64,000 bases of DNA from Promethearchaeota archaeon. Its GTDB lineage: Archaea; Asgardarchaeota; Lokiarchaeia; Sigyniarchaeales; SOKP01. The notes beneath the pieces are model-generated. The model worked only from the letters and a program-made list of their open reading frames with translations, searched no databases and was not told the origin of the DNA. The DNA lies in assembly GCA_016840085.1 (NCBI GenBank), contig JAEOTA010000017.1, positions 1 to 64,000 on the forward strand. The letters are read 5' to 3'. The position numbers and the translations under genes are program-made. Positions 62,301 through 64,000 of the stretch are shown piece by piece. The first letter of the stretch is position 1; every line of letters begins with the position of its first letter.

Positions 62301-63255
62301 AGCACCAATAGATTATGAGAAAAGATATCCATTTATTAAAACTATTGAAATATATTATAATAATAATTCAAATTCAGAAGCAGAAGATGCTCCAGCAATA
62401 GGTGCTATCTTTAACTTATCAATTAATATAAAGAATAGAGGGCCTATTGGATTTAGCCTTTCTGATCTTAAGTTTTCTATGAATGATCAGTTTGGTGATC
62501 TCAAAAGAGTTGAAAATAAAACGTTATTTTGCCAAAATATTGCCTATAACGACACAAGTACTTTTAATATTACTTTAAAGAAATTTGGCTGGAAAGGATA
62601 TTATTATCCCCCAATCAATTTTTTCGAAGGGTCTGAAGGGAATACAATTCAAATTTATAGCTCCACATCAAAGATATTAGGCAAAATTGGCTTTTCGTTA
62701 ACTAAACGGGTAGATAAAGAACAAGTAGAAATCGGGGAAAAGATCATAGTGACAATTGAAGTAGAAAATACAGGAACGATTAGTGTAAATGAGGCTCGAA
62801 TAAATGATATGATAAGTTATTCACAATCAGAATTCTCATTAGTTCAAGGAAATTTGGTAAATATAACTTCTGCGTTAGCACCAGGAGAAAAAATTTCCTT
62901 TAATTATATTATTAAAGCGAAAAAACAAGCTCTTGTAAGTTTACAACCAGCATCTATATCGTATTATTATCTACTAAAAAGAGAAGAAATTTCGAATATA
63001 ATTAATATAAAAATTATAACTACTCAATTCTATCAATTATTATATATTATTCTTCCATGTTTTGCAGTAATTTTTATACTGGGTTTGTACTTTTGGGAAA
63101 TAAATAAGTATAAACTGAAAAAGGATGAATTTGAACGCACAGAGATGCATATTTTTGATATGAGTTCAAGAGAGTCGATTTTAAGAAGAGAACATACATT
63201 AAGAGAAAGATTGAGGAACATATCAAAAGAATTCAACAATGAGGGAGATGATTAA
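59284..63255 (+). CDS. Large membrane-anchored surface protein with Ig-like (DUF11/CARDB-type) domains
   Basis: N-terminal TM, repeated xKNxG / LAPGE motifs (AKNVGNITA, LKNIGSDTA, VENTGT...LAPGEK), C-terminal TM plus charged tail; start likely at a downstream TTG. Confidence 0.8.
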   Translation: MKFIERLCKIEVFKLKGVKNLKNNKKIFLGFIILMVFIYPFNLSFNRLILDYHSKSLNINNDEDYEMNNLKSSDIAGTDLYAEQINAYVAGNKSLIKQSLFTNDTNIFSQFDTNDPAFYKCNILISASNKINHGIFPKILTESDLSSQYLLGFNSFVGFLYYDDELTPENAKSRSERALEIIRSKFQIDLIMVNTSESNFFPFVGYYPDWEIYLQELTHNLPMDGYWKALDINRLISENYLKKHHFSSTFMVINSLDFFEEDFNITTDQLNFNFNTLDLSFLENLEIGELTEQLNNTLENLEDIVNTSVSEEELMQFIEILGSFSLKNDSHYTTFMIQYEGLNEGIRRIGENQYQFSLWDALGYEGDPLTPSEKIYIALVGAFMSDIEINILCTDIIDATPINFEFYDYLLEQIGLIFYLAGAEFDVQTLKDYSFDLFWVDDEGIKRSYIRPVNLNDPNDIINLLQLLGFQGLPYIPTGIVNPFEEFTVTYNISYSEPNILVKKELIGENASYGAYRNFSYNISAKNVGNITAWGVPTSLPIELDYFFSIVSPLFSEDLKNEMWKAINIEYPDQYESLEDFFNFDEDPRIFYFDSYGTGIFDTFYPNYLNIINLWPYNEDVDKIIDIVYTANPGYFILLPNTVKELFMNENSIWNDNNWKLDPGEIISYRIDNFSISNLDSFFPFYRNNFSIETSPETPEIVSGISLYETLPEMALATDNENWTVGSVEKFLEQRIEINFIFKNKTKIDFINNSLERVSIIINFSAPENLETLNFEIFDFESEEFHDMNPYLSSIENNTWKFSIINNNESLNWLFYPNDPENYISLFKIYCSDSEQFNVSIDDLDIEFSTRDININDDPGSRVIYSSISGNIEFERRSNSIPLSTFDMASIVATANLTRYNSRDGELNMYILKLKNIGSDTAKNINITATIPGIINNPNSFTLKQNKLTCFLSNLAPSEEITLNFSFFTPNTRSIRDLSISYDNPEYIQGGNTSKIITLPNEVYVSAPIDYEKRYPFIKTIEIYYNNNSNSEAEDAPAIGAIFNLSINIKNRGPIGFSLSDLKFSMNDQFGDLKRVENKTLFCQNIAYNDTSTFNITLKKFGWKGYYYPPINFFEGSEGNTIQIYSSTSKILGKIGFSLTKRVDKEQVEIGEKIIVTIEVENTGTISVNEARINDMISYSQSEFSLVQGNLVNITSALAPGEKISFNYIIKAKKQALVSLQPASISYYYLLKREEISNIINIKIITTQFYQLLYIILPCFAVIFILGLYFWEINKYKLKKDEFERTEMHIFDMSSRESILRREHTLRERLRNISKEFNNEGDD

Positions 63256-64000
63256 AATGATAAAAAGGAAAATTAAAATTATATTTCTATTCCTTAGTAT
63301 ACTTCTTTCTTATTTATGCTTCTCAATTATTTATTTGGATTCTTCTTTTTCTTCAGCCGAAATTTTGAACAATGATTTGAATGATGTAAATCTTAAATTT
63401 TCAGATGATTCTCAAGAAAATGTTATAGTGTTTTTTAACAGTTCTTTTTACGATCCCAATGTTATCTCTGATTTTGAATCTTATGGAGGTTTTGTGAAGG
63501 TAGAATGGAAGAATGTTTTTTCTTCATTTTCAGGTTTTGCTGGTAACATTCCAGAAGAAAACATATCTACTTTTCAGAATAATTATCCAGAAGCTACAAT
63601 AGAAACTGATGAGATATTAGAAACTCAAATGAATTATGCTTCCATTCAAACAGGTGGTTTTAATTCAACTTGGTATTTAGAGGGGTTTAAAGGCAATAAT
63701 AATTGTTCTATAGCTGTATTAGACACTGGGATTAATCCAACTCATGATTTCTTTCCAAATGGTTATATTCCGTCAGATTTAAACGGAAGTATAGTTGGTT
63801 GGGAAAATTTTGTGAATAGTCAATCCATCTATGATGATAATGGGCACGGTACTTTTATATCTTCTGTAATCTCAGGAACTGGCACGGATTCTTATGATTC
63901 AAATGACCATTCAAAAGTTAAAATACAAGAGAATTATACACATACCGAATTATTTGAGGATTATTCCCCTTCCAAAAATTACTCATTAAAAATATTCACA
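63248..64000 (+). CDS. S8 subtilisin-family serine peptidase, N-terminal part (runs off window)
   Basis: Not in ORF track. Manual translation: signal peptide, I9-like propeptide, IAVLDTGI (Asp) and DDNGHGTFISSVISG (His); overlaps upstream stop. Confidence 0.9.
   Translation, partial: MIKMIKRKIKIIFLFLSILLSYLCFSIIYLDSSFSSAEILNNDLNDVNLKFSDDSQENVIVFFNSSFYDPNVISDFESYGGFVKVEWKNVFSSFSGFAGNIPEENISTFQNNYPEATIETDEILETQMNYASIQTGGFNSTWYLEGFKGNNNCSIAVLDTGINPTHDFFPNGYIPSDLNGSIVGWENFVNSQSIYDDNGHGTFISSVISGTGTDSYDSNDHSKVKIQENYTHTELFEDYSPSKNYSLKIFT

Noticed and set aside
1605-63239. Short antisense or nested ORFs in the track (e.g. 1605, 2106, 4199, 5994, 13237, 20968, 26708, 27510, 43743, 57143, 58841, 63033)
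   Set aside because: Shadow ORFs overlapping well-supported genes; no recognisable motifs
1-64000. Genome-wide UGA reassignment (alternative genetic code)
   Set aside because: TGA is the apparent terminator of intact genes (e.g. ends at 20136, 31604, 45682, 49494, 34521) and Trp is encoded by TGG
1-64000. tRNA, rRNA, CRISPR array, IS or integrase
   Set aside because: No GC-rich cloverleaf or rRNA-like segment, no regularly spaced repeats and no transposase or recombinase motifs seen by eye

Overview
Very AT-rich (roughly 30% GC by eye), gene-dense prokaryotic window. Gene content points to an anaerobic archaeon, most likely Asgard/Lokiarchaeia-like (inference): IorBA, ADP-forming acyl-CoA synthetase alpha subunits, an RpoM/TFS-type Zn ribbon, TATA/BRE-type promoters, MNT-HEPN pairs, TPR, alpha/beta-hydrolase and Zn-ribbon expansions, and a ubiquitin-like protein. 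Metabolic loci include a split B12 acyl-CoA mutase with MeaB, GAPN, acyl-CoA dehydrogenase with a ferredoxin-fused bifurcating-type EtfAB, Ior/ACD, tandem CCG (HdrD/GlpC-like) proteins, four tandem hydrolases and two GDPDs. The window ends in an ABC transporter / large surface protein / subtilase operon. No rRNA, tRNA, CRISPR array, transposase or integrase was recognised. Main observations not explained by the ORF track: (1) a ~92 bp, ~90% identical inverted repeat whose arms are the promoter, RBS and GTG start of two unrelated outward-facing genes (GDPD and RNase III); (2) a candidate hairpin sRNA at ~15.4 kb with a CCUCC (anti-Shine-Dalgarno) apex; (3) a 1273-codon TPR-nitrilase frame broken only by one in-frame UGA in a CxxU context; (4) an acyl-CoA mutase whose substrate-determining residues match none of the mutase signatures I know; (5) a 76-aa ubiquitin-like protein lacking the di-Gly tail; (6) several gene scraps and poly-A frameshifts.
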